From: an uncultured virus (IMG/VR IMGVR_UViG_3300046167_000912) | Lineage: Duplodnaviria; Heunggongvirae; Uroviricota; Caudoviricetes | Direction: 5' to 3' (one strand) | DNA length: 64,000 nt | IMG/VR virus record: IMGVR_UViG_3300046167_000912 | Shown: positions 1-8,853 of the stretch, piece by piece | How positions within the stretch are numbered: the stretch's first letter is position 1 | Layout of the letters: every line of letters starts with the position of its first letter | The notes under the pieces: model-generated | Told to the model about the DNA's origin: nothing | What the model saw: only the letters and a program-made list of their open reading frames with translations | Database searches by the model: none | Made by a program: the position numbers and the translations under genes

Positions 1-803
1 GCTACGCGGAGTTGAGAAGCCCTGCGGCTCTTATCAAAGAGTCTCTTAATATATCTAATACCTTTATAACCCACAGAATACTTCTCCTCGATTTCAGCTT
101 GCAGGTCATCTAGGTCTTTCCCATACTCTTCTACATACTCAGGTTGAGCTTGTAGAGAACCCACTTCTTGAGCGAGAGATTCCAACTCTTTGTCTTTCTT
201 AGCTTTGGAGACACGTTTGGTGACATCTTGGATTGTCTCTCTTCGGGCTTTTTCCTCTACCGTCTCTCCTTTGTGGGGAAATGAATCAGAGATGGACAGA
301 GGTATACCTATCGCACCTGAAAGATCCGCCCCATTGAGTTTCGCTTTTCTGAGATCCGCGTCTGTTAGATCCGCGTCTGTTAGATCCGCATCCCTGAGAT
401 CCGTACTTGAGAGATCCGCACCTACAAGATCCGCATCTGTTAGATCCGCACCTACAAGATCCGTACTTGAGAGATCCGCATCAATGAGAATCGCTTTTCT
501 GAGCTTCGCATTAGTAAGAATAGCACCTATAAGTTTAGCATGAGAGAGATCCGCATTTGTGAGATCCGCACGTCTGAGATCCGCGAAACTCAGATTCGCA
601 CGTTTGAGCTTCGCACCTATGAATTTCGCACCGTTGAGCTTCGCACCTATGAATTTCGCACGCCAGAGATCCGCATTTGTGAGATCCGCACCTTGAAGTT
701 TCGCATCTGTCAGATCCGTACTTGAGAGATCCGCACCTACAAGATCCGCTCTGTAAACATCTTCTCCAGAGAGGACTCTCTCTACGTGTTTTGAGTTAGC
801 CAT
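1..803 (-). CDS. Pentapeptide-repeat protein with conserved C-terminal tag (3' end runs off window)
   Basis: Not in ORF track. Manual translation from ATG 803: MANSKHVERVLSGEDVYRADLVGADLSSTDL..., A(D/K/N)Lxx repeats, ending ...EEKYSVGYKGIRYIKRLFDKSRRASQLRV at the window edge. Confidence 0.9.
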   Translation of the reverse strand, partial: MANSKHVERVLSGEDVYRADLVGADLSSTDLTDAKLQGADLTNADLWRAKFIGAKLNGAKFIGAKLKRANLSFADLRRADLTNADLSHAKLIGAILTNAKLRKAILIDADLSSTDLVGADLTDADLVGADLSSTDLRDADLTDADLTDADLRKAKLNGADLSGAIGIPLSISDSFPHKGETVEEKARRETIQDVTKRVSKAKKDKELESLAQEVGSLQAQPEYVEEYGKDLDDLQAEIEEKYSVGYKGIRYIKRLFDKSRRASQLRV

Positions 804-874
804 TGTTTTCATCCTTAGTTGGTTTCATGTGTATCTCTATTATCAATTCTCTAAAAGACACCTATAAATAAACG

Positions 875-912
875 AAAAAAGCCCCACCCCCCCGAAGTGG
901 GGGAGCAGGGCT
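875..912 (-). terminator. Rho-independent terminator, repeated family copy 1
   Basis: Minus-strand AGCCCTGCTCCCC-loop-GGGGGGTGGGGCT stem with G:U pairs followed by a T-run; near-identical copies at 2870, 4439, 35541. Confidence 0.8.
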
Positions 913-1010
913 CATAAGTCTATCTCTATAACTCGTTTAGGTTCAGGTGGCGGAGGGGGCGGGTCGCGGGGAGGGGGTGGGGGTGGAGGCAACTCTAGGA
1001 AAGGACGCAT
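912..1010 (-). CDS. 32-aa proline-rich microprotein
   Basis: AAGGAG SD 7 nt upstream of ATG 1010; MRPFLELPPPPPPPRDPPPPPPEPKRVIEIDL*; stop abuts the terminator; tail duplicated at 2904-2950. Confidence 0.7.
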   Translation of the reverse strand: MRPFLELPPPPPPPRDPPPPPPEPKRVIEIDL

Positions 1011-1081
1011 ATCAAGTCTCCTTACGTCTTTCGGGGTACACACCCTTCATGGTATCTCGTTTAGGAGACTATCCTCAAGCT

Positions 1082-1438
1082 CTAATTTCTCATGCGAGAC
1101 TCCGCCTCCCATTTACTCCTGATCATATCAAGCAGACCCATTAAGTTGATCACAGGTTCAGGCTCTTGCTCAGAGTGACTGTAAGGGAAGACCAAACGAC
1201 CGTTTTCCCATCGGATCGTAATCGCAACCTTAGGTTCTTGTCCGTTGCTCGCTAGTATGAAGAACTGCTCACCACTCATGAATAAGAATCCTAACTCATC
1301 CACTAACAACTCACGAACCCATACATCGACGAAGTATTCCTTGCCTAAGTTCGGGTTGGCATAACATGCCTGGATCTCCTCGACATGACCCTTGTTCGCC
1401 CACTCTCGCCTGCCGTTCACTATCTTTGTCTTTTTCAT
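1082..1438 (-). CDS. Hypothetical protein
   Basis: 118-aa ORF with AAAGGAG SD, co-oriented with neighbours. Confidence 0.7.
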   Translation of the reverse strand: MKKTKIVNGRREWANKGHVEEIQACYANPNLGKEYFVDVWVRELLVDELGFLFMSGEQFFILASNGQEPKVAITIRWENGRLVFPYSHSEQEPEPVINLMGLLDMIRSKWEAESRMRN

Positions 1439-1492
1439 ATATATACTCCTTTGGATCTCTTATCGAATCAACTAGGGAAGTACAGAGATATG

Positions 1493-2812
1493 TTACTTGT
1501 TGAGGTCTCTTTTCAGAGCTCGGATCTCCCTCTGGATTTCTCTATTCATCTGACTAGCAATGCGGAGTTGAGAAGCCCTCCGACCTTTGCTGAAGAGTTT
1601 CTTCAGATCTTTAGGGTCGCCTTTTTTTGAGTACTTCCTCTCAATACTTTTTTGAATCTTGTCAAGGAGGTCTTTATGTTCCTTAGCATATTCAGGCTTG
1701 CCTCGTAGTTCTCCGATTTCTTGGGCTAGACTCTCCAGCCCTTCAACATTGAAAGTCTTAGTTCTGTTAACTCGTTCTTGAACTTTATTTACAATTACTT
1801 CCCGATCTGCTTTCTCTTTTTCATCTACAGTCGGTCCGCCCTTTCTTTTTCTCAGACCCCTAGTCAATTCTGGGTTTAACCCTTTACTTCCCTCAACATT
1901 TGAACCCGCTAGTTGTTTGAAATATACTATCTCTGTTGAGCCTGTAAAGTCTGCACCTTTGAGATCTGTATCAGAGAGATCTGTACCGTAATCAAAATCG
2001 GCTTCTCTGAGATCCGCACCTGTTAGAGTAGCACCTCTGAGATCCGCATCTTTGAGGTTCGATCCTTCAAGGATGGCCTTTGTGAGATCTGCACCTTTGA
2101 GTTTCGCTCCTTCAAGGATGGCCTTTTTAAGGTCTGCCTCTTTAAGACCTACACCTCTGAGATCCGCACCCTTCAGTTTCGCTCCTTCGAGTTTCGCTCC
2201 TCCTAGCTTCGCTCCTTTAAACTCCCCGCCTGAAAGATTAGCTCCCTGAGCTTCCACTCCTGTAAGGTCGGCTTCTCGAAAATCGCAGTCGTAAGCTTCT
2301 ACTCCTGTTAAAGTAGCTCCTTTAAGACTTGCTCCCTGAAGATTAGACCTATAGAATTCTGCCTTTGTGAGATTTGTGCCTGTCAAGTCCATCCCTTTCA
2401 GGTTAACTCTGTTGAGTTGAGCACCACTCAGATCCGCACCCTTCAGTTTCGCTCCTTCGAGTTTCGCTCCTGTGAGATCCGCACCCTTCAGTTTCGCTCC
2501 TTCGAGGTTCGTGTCGCGTAAGTCTACTCCTTCAAGATTTATTTTCGACAAATCCATTCCTGATAGATCGGCCCCTTTTAGAGCCCGACCCCCTTCTTTA
2601 TCTAAGGCGAGTATAATATCTTTTTTGCTCTTGAATTTCTTCTTCGCTCCCCCATCCTGTTTCTGTTTAACAGATTTGTCAAACTCTGCTCTAAGCTTCT
2701 CCTGTTCTTCTGGAGGCAGTGATCCGAAGAAGACTTCGTTTTTAGTAACAGGGTTTACAAACTTTCGGCCTTTGATAGCTTCTTCAAAGGTCATCGCTTT
2801 TATAAGTCTCAT
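1493..2812 (-). CDS. Pentapeptide-repeat protein with conserved C-terminal tag
   Basis: Long GA(D/K)L repeat array; ends KGRRASQLRIASQMNREIQREIRALKRDLNK. Confidence 0.92.
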   Translation of the reverse strand: MRLIKAMTFEEAIKGRKFVNPVTKNEVFFGSLPPEEQEKLRAEFDKSVKQKQDGGAKKKFKSKKDIILALDKEGGRALKGADLSGMDLSKINLEGVDLRDTNLEGAKLKGADLTGAKLEGAKLKGADLSGAQLNRVNLKGMDLTGTNLTKAEFYRSNLQGASLKGATLTGVEAYDCDFREADLTGVEAQGANLSGGEFKGAKLGGAKLEGAKLKGADLRGVGLKEADLKKAILEGAKLKGADLTKAILEGSNLKDADLRGATLTGADLREADFDYGTDLSDTDLKGADFTGSTEIVYFKQLAGSNVEGSKGLNPELTRGLRKRKGGPTVDEKEKADREVIVNKVQERVNRTKTFNVEGLESLAQEIGELRGKPEYAKEHKDLLDKIQKSIERKYSKKGDPKDLKKLFSKGRRASQLRIASQMNREIQREIRALKRDLNK

Positions 2813-2869
2813 GATTATTACACTTTCTAGTTATATCAGTCACAAAGGAATAAAGTATTGAACAATTAG

Positions 2870-2904
2870 AAAAAAGCCCCACCCCCCGAATGGGGAGCAG
2901 GGCT
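2870..2904 (-). terminator. Rho-independent terminator, repeated family copy 2
   Basis: Same GC/GU hairpin plus T-run as 875-912. Confidence 0.8.
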
Positions 2905-2968
2905 CATAAGTCTATCTCTATAACTCGTTCAAGTTCAGGCGGCGGGTCACACGTTTCGGGTTTTCCTT

Positions 2969-4357
2969 CTACTCTTCTCTGGAGGCTTTCTCTTCCTCTT
3001 CTCTGCGGAGTCTCTCTTCCTCTTCTCTGCGGGCTTTTTCCTCTACCGTCTCACCCTTGTGGGGGAATCTATCAGATATGGATAAAGGTATGCCTTTCGC
3101 ACCCGTCAGATCCGCACCCGTGAAATCCACATCCCTGAAATTCGCATCTGTCAGATCCGCACCTTTGAGATTCGCATCCCTGAAATTAGCATTTCTGAGA
3201 TCCGCATCTAGGAGCTTCGCACCTGTCAGACCCGCGTCATAGAGATCCGCATGATTGAGATCCGCACCTGAAAGATCCGCACCTGAAAGATCCGCACCTA
3301 CAAGATCCGCACCTAGGAGCTTCGCACCTTCAAGAATCGCACCTATAAGTTTCGCACCCCTGAGTTTCGCACTAGTAAGCTTCGCATTTATGAGATCCGC
3401 ACCGTCAAGATTCGCATCTAGGAGATTCGCACCCCTGAGATACGCACTGCTGAGATCCGCACCTGAAAGATCCGCATCTATAAGCTGAGCATTAATCAGA
3501 ATCGCCAATCCCAGATTCGCTTTTCTTAGATTCGCATCTATAAGCTTCGCACCCGTCAGATCCGCACCTTCAAGATTCGCACCTATAAGTTTCGCATTTA
3601 TGAGTTCCGCATTAGTAAGGATCGCATCTTCAAGTTCCGCATTGTTGAGTTTCGCATTAGTAAGGATCGCATCTTCAAGTTCCGCACCCGTGAGATCCGC
3701 ACCTGATAGATCCGCACCTATAAGATTCGCATTTATGAGTTCCGCATCTATGAGCTCCGCACCGTCAAGATTCGCATGATTGAGCTTCGTATGATTGAGC
3801 TTCGCACCTTTGAGTTTCGCATCTGTGAAACCCGCACTTCTGAGATCCGCACCGTCAAGAAACGCACTTCTGAGATCCGCACCTTCAAGAAACGCATTTC
3901 TGAGATCCGCACGTTCAAGATTCGCACCTATAAGATTTGCATCTGTCAGATCCGCACCGTCAAGATCCACACCTTCAAGATTCGCACCGTCAAGATTCGC
4001 TTTTCTTAGATTCGCATCTTCAAGATTCGCATCTTTAAGATTCGCACGAAAGAGATTCGCACCACTCAGATCCGCATCAATGAGAATCGCTTTTCTGAGC
4101 TTCGCATCTATAAGTTTCGCATCATAGAGATCCGCATTTGTGAGATCCGCACCTATAAGTTTCGCATTTCTGAGATCCGCTCCTAAAAGATCCGCTCCCG
4201 TGAGATCCGCACCTATAAGTTCCGCATTGTTGAGTTTCGCATTTGTGAGATCCGCTCCCGTGAGATCCGCATCCCTGAGATCCGCACCACTCAGATCCGC
4301 ATCCCTGAGGTCTTTGTTACCTGCGAGTGCTCTCTTTACGTGTTTTATATTAGCCAT
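2969..4357 (-). CDS. Pentapeptide-repeat protein, C-terminal tag domain lost
   Basis: About 400 aa of A(D/N/K)Lxx repeats; matches the 1..803 paralog up to FPHKGETVEEKARRE, then diverges into REEEE repeats and stops. Confidence 0.92.
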   Translation of the reverse strand: MANIKHVKRALAGNKDLRDADLSGADLRDADLTGADLTNAKLNNAELIGADLTGADLLGADLRNAKLIGADLTNADLYDAKLIDAKLRKAILIDADLSGANLFRANLKDANLEDANLRKANLDGANLEGVDLDGADLTDANLIGANLERADLRNAFLEGADLRSAFLDGADLRSAGFTDAKLKGAKLNHTKLNHANLDGAELIDAELINANLIGADLSGADLTGAELEDAILTNAKLNNAELEDAILTNAELINAKLIGANLEGADLTGAKLIDANLRKANLGLAILINAQLIDADLSGADLSSAYLRGANLLDANLDGADLINAKLTSAKLRGAKLIGAILEGAKLLGADLVGADLSGADLSGADLNHADLYDAGLTGAKLLDADLRNANFRDANLKGADLTDANFRDVDFTGADLTGAKGIPLSISDRFPHKGETVEEKARREEEERLRREEEEKASREE

Positions 4358-4438
4358 TTGTCTTATTTCCTTCTTAGTTGTCTTGTTTCTACTGTTGCCT
4401 CTATTATCAATTCTCTACAAGGACACCGATATATAAAC

Positions 4439-4474
4439 AAAAAAGCCCCACCCCCCGTTAGGGGGAGCAGGGCT
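4439..4474 (-). terminator. Rho-independent terminator, repeated family copy 3
   Basis: Same hairpin plus T-run, loop differs. Confidence 0.8.
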
Positions 4475-4506
4475 CTGTATCAGTCACCTAAACGCTTAGC
4501 CTTGTG

Positions 4507-5034
4507 CTATCTCTCGTTTAGAAGCCTCTGTTTCGCAAGCTCTCTGGCATAGTAATCTTTTTCATCTGTGCGTAGATAGCTTTCCGCATCCCTTTCAAAT
4601 ACATAAAAGCCGATATTAGCCGCATACGCGAGTGCACCAGGCCACAGCCAATCCTCAAAACCCAGAGTGGGGAACTTTACTTGGATGATAGCGATAAAAG
4701 TAAGAGGTACGATGTACTTCAATGAAGCCAGACCTAGCACAGCCGCCTTCTTTAAGTAAATCTTAAAGTAACTCCAGAGCTTCTTTATACTCCCCCTTCG
4801 AGGAGCGTTCTCCAAAACCTTTTGAAAATATGGATCTTTACGTAGTTTATCCATCTCTCTTTGAATCTCGCGGTTGTTCGCACCGTAGGTAATTTTTCTG
4901 AGACCCTCTGAAATAGTGGGTCCGAGCTCTCGCACTACCTTCACGATGGCTTGTTTAATCTTTTTTAACATTGCTTGTTTTTCCATCCTTGCCACTCTGC
5001 TCTCCAGACGGGCAAGTTTCATTTCCATTGACAT
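4507..5034 (-). CDS. Tagged putative membrane protein (paralog of 31780..32283)
   Basis: Start moved to ATG 5034 (SD AGGGAG); N-term MSMEMKLARLESRVARMEKQA; hydrophobic C-terminal half. Confidence 0.8.
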   Translation of the reverse strand: MSMEMKLARLESRVARMEKQAMLKKIKQAIVKVVRELGPTISEGLRKITYGANNREIQREMDKLRKDPYFQKVLENAPRRGSIKKLWSYFKIYLKKAAVLGLASLKYIVPLTFIAIIQVKFPTLGFEDWLWPGALAYAANIGFYVFERDAESYLRTDEKDYYARELAKQRLLNER

Positions 5035-5035
5035 C

Positions 5036-5091
5036 TTATATCTCCCTTGTTGGTCATGTGGTTGACACACAAGGGAGATATAAAAACTATA
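5036..5091 (-). promoter_or_regulatory. TA-N5-TYTAT promoter-like motif with 15-bp SD-occluding hairpin
   Basis: Perfect inverted repeat 5036-5050/5069-5083 containing the SD; motif at 5080-5091 overlaps the 5' arm. Confidence 0.75.
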
Positions 5092-5094
5092 AAT

Positions 5095-5634
5095 TCAGTC
5101 GTCCAAAGAAGAAGACTTCAATGCCTCCAGCTCCTTCTTCAACCTCTCTAACTCTAACTTCAATTGGCGATTGTCCTCATAGTAACCACGCAAGTCCACA
5201 GGTGTGCCGACTCCCTTCTTGGTCAAAGACAAATCCTGAAACAATACCGTCTGCCAAGTACCATTAGGATTACGCATCTCCGCAAAACAATAACTGCGGA
5301 TCACCTCGCCCTGCACTACACCACCCTCGTAACCCTTGTAGTAGTACAAGTCACCCTGCAACGGTAAGTCAGAACGACGGAGACTCTCGTCAAGCTGTAC
5401 CTCCACAGGATGAGGCTTCTTCACCTCTAAGAGAGATACCTGACGGTCTTCCTTCGGCGTCTTCTCAGGAGGCGGAGCGTCCTCTGAAGAAGAATCCCCA
5501 CCACAAACAACACCGCCCAATAAGACAAGACCCCTAGACTCCAGCTCCTTAAGAAATCTCTTAGATCCCATCCTCGTCACTCCAAGCTCTGCCTTGAGTG
5601 CCGTCTTCGCGTCTTCTAAACTTAAACCTATCAT
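5095..5634 (-). CDS. Hypothetical protein, C-terminal coiled coil
   Basis: 179-aa ORF, ATGA overlap with upstream gene. Confidence 0.7.
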   Translation of the reverse strand: MIGLSLEDAKTALKAELGVTRMGSKRFLKELESRGLVLLGGVVCGGDSSSEDAPPPEKTPKEDRQVSLLEVKKPHPVEVQLDESLRRSDLPLQGDLYYYKGYEGGVVQGEVIRSYCFAEMRNPNGTWQTVLFQDLSLTKKGVGTPVDLRGYYEDNRQLKLELERLKKELEALKSSSLDD

Positions 5635-5990
5635 TTGTCACCTCTCCACAAATCTCTAATCTGACTGCAAATCTCCGTGAGACAATAGACCGTCTCTGTG
5701 TGCTTCTTGTTCCTTAAAATAAATCTCGACTCTAAGTCCCAAAGAATCTCCACTCGACCTACAAGAGCTGAATCCTCTTCGTCAGACTCCCCTATCGCTA
5801 AAACATGATCGTACACCGTAGACTTGAAACCCATCTGCTTCAAGACCGAGTAGACCCTAGTCTGCATCTCTGAGCACTCCTCATCAGTAGCTTCGTGCAG
5901 GTTGAAATACCTGCCGATTAACTCGGAGTCTGCTCTCCATCTACGCTCACCCTCATAAATCTCTGTGTGCTTCTCTAATAAATCCGTCAT
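5631..5990 (-). CDS. Hypothetical protein (paralog of 5987..6370)
   Basis: Shared N-terminus MTDLLEKHTE.Y.GERRWRADSEL. Confidence 0.75.
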   Translation of the reverse strand: MTDLLEKHTEIYEGERRWRADSELIGRYFNLHEATDEECSEMQTRVYSVLKQMGFKSTVYDHVLAIGESDEEDSALVGRVEILWDLESRFILRNKKHTETVYCLTEICSQIRDLWRGDK

Positions 5991-6370
5991 ACCGAAGACC
6001 TCCTCCTACCTGTCATGCCCTCTAACATGTCGAGGATACTAGAGTCACCCCAATACAAACGAACCGTAGGACATAAGTCTCTCAATGAAGGAATCTCTCG
6101 AACTCGGTACTGATTTTTCACAGATAACCAACCGCTCTTCAAATCCCAAAGCACCTTCACATTCCCCAATGAAACAACATCAGGGTGTGAGGTCTCCTCA
6201 AAACCCATCTCCTTCAATACCGCGAAGAGGTCATCTCTGAAACTGCGGTCAGCCATTAAGACCTGAGAACCCTCATCAATCTTCTGATACCTCCTCTCTA
6301 ACTCAGAGTCCGCTCTCCATCTACGCTCTCCCTTATACATCTCTGTGTGCTTCTCTAATAAATCCGTCAT
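5987..6370 (-). CDS. Hypothetical protein (paralog of 5631..5990)
   Basis: Shared N-terminus, ATGA overlaps. Confidence 0.75.
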   Translation of the reverse strand: MTDLLEKHTEMYKGERRWRADSELERRYQKIDEGSQVLMADRSFRDDLFAVLKEMGFEETSHPDVVSLGNVKVLWDLKSGWLSVKNQYRVREIPSLRDLCPTVRLYWGDSSILDMLEGMTGRRRSSV

Positions 6371-6558
6371 ACAAAATATCCCTTAGCGACATAAGGTAAG
6401 ACGTAGAAGATCAACGCAAACACAATATTGGAGATCAACATGAACTTAAAGTTCCCCTTGCTCCAAAAACCGTACTTCTTAATACTCAACCCCAAAAGCC
6501 AGCCGTACAACAAGTACGACAACACAAACGTTACCGCATATAAAAATGGCATCCACAT
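6367..6558 (-). CDS. Small two-TM membrane protein
   Basis: 63 aa, two hydrophobic segments, AGGTGG SD. Confidence 0.65.
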   Translation of the reverse strand: MWMPFLYAVTFVLSYLLYGWLLGLSIKKYGFWSKGNFKFMLISNIVFALIFYVLPYVAKGYFV

Positions 6559-6836
6559 AAGCCACCTATCCCTTCGTTATCTAAATTGTTTAACATACGC
6601 TTCCTATTATCAAAGATACTAGAGGACACTCTCATCTTTCTGCGACACGCAAAGTAGACAAATTACTTAGACCATGCACCAGCGAAAGAGTATATGCATT
6701 CCTCAACGTGCCTGATCGGGTAAGCACCGAACCCACTCCACATTCTCATTGTCATATCTAATAAGTGACACCTCTCTCCCCTCTTCCTAACTAGGGTTTC
6801 AAAATCAAACCCGAAAATTTCAACTCAAAAAAATAA

Positions 6837-6891
6837 GGGGGGTCACATACGAAGAATCGCTTTTCAAAAACAATCTCGTATATGACCCCCC
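6837..6891. repeat. 16-bp inverted repeat in a long non-coding gap
   Basis: GGGGGGTCACATACGA (6837-6852) / TCGTATATGACCCCCC (6876-6891), one mismatch. Confidence 0.8.
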
Positions 6892-6909
6892 CCCTCTTGT
6901 GACAAACCC

Positions 6910-7119
6910 TTAAGGCTCACAAACTAGACTCGCTTCTTGAGCGATCTCTTCTACGCAAATCTTACTCTCATGGTCGTAATGTTTCATTTGAACTGCTGTC
7001 TCCAATAACGAAACAGACAATACTAATAAGCTGCATAGGCACACCTTGACCCCATACCATAAGATCACACTGCATAGAACTAGATCTAAAGTACTCTCTG
7101 CAACGTCTCTATAATTCAT
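6910..7119 (-). CDS. Small hypothetical membrane protein
   Basis: Likely start ATG 7119 (MNYRDVAES) after AAGGA; hydrophobic core. Confidence 0.45.
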   Translation of the reverse strand: MNYRDVAESTLDLVLCSVILWYGVKVCLCSLLVLSVSLLETAVQMKHYDHESKICVEEIAQEASLVCEP

Positions 7120-7312
7120 GTCTTCAATCCTTATTCGTACTAATAAAAAGCCCCTGAGCCGTAGGCTAAAAGGGCTTGGGAAACCATGCTTTAAACATGG
7201 TTCTGATTTCACTCTCTCATTTTCAATGCGTTTTCAATATGCTATTTTGGGACTCCCCGAACCGCCATGTGTTTTTTTGACGGGGTTCTGAGAGACCTGA
7301 CCCTCGCGGGCT

Positions 7313-7459
7313 TCACCCATGCATCCAGAACGCAACTGTGAAGAGGAAGAGGCAACCTGCCAAGACCCTTTCCCTTGGAGAGAAGATGTCTAGACAGTCC
7401 ACGCAAGTGAAGGCATAAGTGGTGGCACAGGTGAAGCAAAAAGCATCGAAGCTGTTCAT
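7313..7459 (-). CDS. 48-aa Cys-rich hydrophobic microprotein
   Basis: Manual translation MNSFDAFCFTCATTYAFTCVDCLDIFSPRERVLAGCLFLFTVAFWMHG*; ATGA overlap with 7456..7764; GGGAG SD. Confidence 0.5.
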   Translation of the reverse strand: MNSFDAFCFTCATTYAFTCVDCLDIFSPRERVLAGCLFLFTVAFWMHG

Positions 7460-7764
7460 GGCTCACTCCCACTAACGAGAGGCTTGGCGTCGAGCAATCC
7501 TGGCGGAGGTACATTCACACACTTGTCGTGGAAATCACGGCTGTGATAAGACTCACCGTTCGAGAGAGTCCAGCGACGCTTCGCTGTCTTCTGAACAGTC
7601 ACCACCCCCTTTGTGTCCTCACACAGATAAGTGCTGTAGCTCGGCGTACCCGCCGCGATAGCGAGACCCATCAACGCTATGCCGAAGAAGATTCGGATGT
7701 CATCGCGAGCGACTCCGTAAATAAAGGTCACTAGACCTAGTACCAAAAAGATCAAGCTTCCCAT
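7456..7764 (-). CDS. Hypothetical membrane protein
   Basis: Two N-terminal hydrophobic helices, GAGGAGG SD. Confidence 0.7.
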   Translation of the reverse strand: MGSLIFLVLGLVTFIYGVARDDIRIFFGIALMGLAIAAGTPSYSTYLCEDTKGVVTVQKTAKRRWTLSNGESYHSRDFHDKCVNVPPPGLLDAKPLVSGSEP

Positions 7765-8336
7765 TGGTCGGCCTCCTCTTCACGGATCGCTTGGATCTTC
7801 TGACCGGGCAGGGCGTATCCTCGGTAGAGGGGGTCTACCCCGTAGGTCGGTGAGATCTTATACTCGCCTTGCTTCTTCATCTTCAGGGTCGTGTCATAAG
7901 GGTCGCGACCTCTTGCGTAGCAAGATTGGCATTCTTCCTCGCCCTGACCCGTGATGAGGAAATCGGGCTCTTGAGCTGAGGCGTGGCAGTTACGACACGC
8001 TTTGGGGTGGAGGGTGTAGAGATCCTCGATGGCTTTTCTAACCATCGTAGACTCACCCTCAAGCAGATCCACAGTCACCGCAGAGGTCTTGCTGAAACAC
8101 CGCTTCATTACCATCCGACCAATCATGATGAGGATAATCATCATGATGAAGCCGTAACTCAATAGCCCGCCGTTCTCCACATGATGTGAATTTGAGGGCG
8201 AGAGGGGAAGGGGCGGGGGGCTTGAGGTCGAGCCGCCTGTGTAATCGGCGTCCATACTCAGAACTTGCTTCACTGCATCTGAGGTCTCGAAATTTCCCAA
8301 TCTCGGTTGGGCTGTACTGAAATTTTTCATCTTCAA
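7752..8336 (-). CDS. Membrane-anchored protein with CxxC...CxxC zinc-finger-like motif
   Basis: TM segment YGFIMMIILIMIG; CRNC...CQSC; AAAGGAG SD. Confidence 0.7.
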   Translation of the reverse strand: MKMKNFSTAQPRLGNFETSDAVKQVLSMDADYTGGSTSSPPPLPLSPSNSHHVENGGLLSYGFIMMIILIMIGRMVMKRCFSKTSAVTVDLLEGESTMVRKAIEDLYTLHPKACRNCHASAQEPDFLITGQGEEECQSCYARGRDPYDTTLKMKKQGEYKISPTYGVDPLYRGYALPGQKIQAIREEEADQWEA

Positions 8337-8388
8337 TTCTCCTTTAAAATAATGTATGTCCTTCTTATCAATGCCATCAGGGGGGCTC

Positions 8389-8853
8389 TTACTGAAAGAG
8401 TACTTTTAACAAGTAGAGTAGTGAAGCTACCCCTATTAGAGATTGAAAGGTCTTGCTGGATCTCTCTCCTCTGTTCTTGGCCTTGCTTTTACTCACCTCT
8501 TGGTTGACTTTCTGAGCTTCTATTGGGGTGAAGGTCTCCTCTTCGACATCCCCATTTGGAGAGACTCGGATAGTCCTACCTCTTGTATCTATAAAGCTAC
8601 GGTAGCCTTCCGACTCCTTCCGCCATGAGTAAGTCCCGACACCCTCTAGCTCGATAAAACCGACGGGAGACTCAGGCTGGACAGTTATGTGTGTTTCTGT
8701 CTCTACGCAGACTTCAGCCCCGCGAAGCGTGAAAGCGGGAGCGTTCTTCTTTCCCCAATACAGGATGAGGTCACCTCTCGCGGTGAGAGCCGCCGTGTGG
8801 GAGTTGGTCTTCCCCCAATAAACTATTACTTCTGTCTTGATGTCTTTAGACAT
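8389..8853 (-). CDS. Hypothetical protein with C-terminal TM anchor
   Basis: 154 aa, AAGGAGG SD, internal YWGK duplication. Confidence 0.7.
   Translation of the reverse strand: MSKDIKTEVIVYWGKTNSHTAALTARGDLILYWGKKNAPAFTLRGAEVCVETETHITVQPESPVGFIELEGVGTYSWRKESEGYRSFIDTRGRTIRVSPNGDVEEETFTPIEAQKVNQEVSKSKAKNRGERSSKTFQSLIGVASLLYLLKVLFQ

Noticed and set aside
190..4436. Plus-strand ORFs with RSAP/RFAS or EIRT repeats
   Set aside because: Antisense shadows of the minus-strand pentapeptide genes
875..4474. Repeated hairpins as integron attC sites or MITEs
   Set aside because: G:U-dependent stem plus T-run fits RNA terminators; no RYYYAAC/GTTRRRY boxes, target duplications or integrase seen
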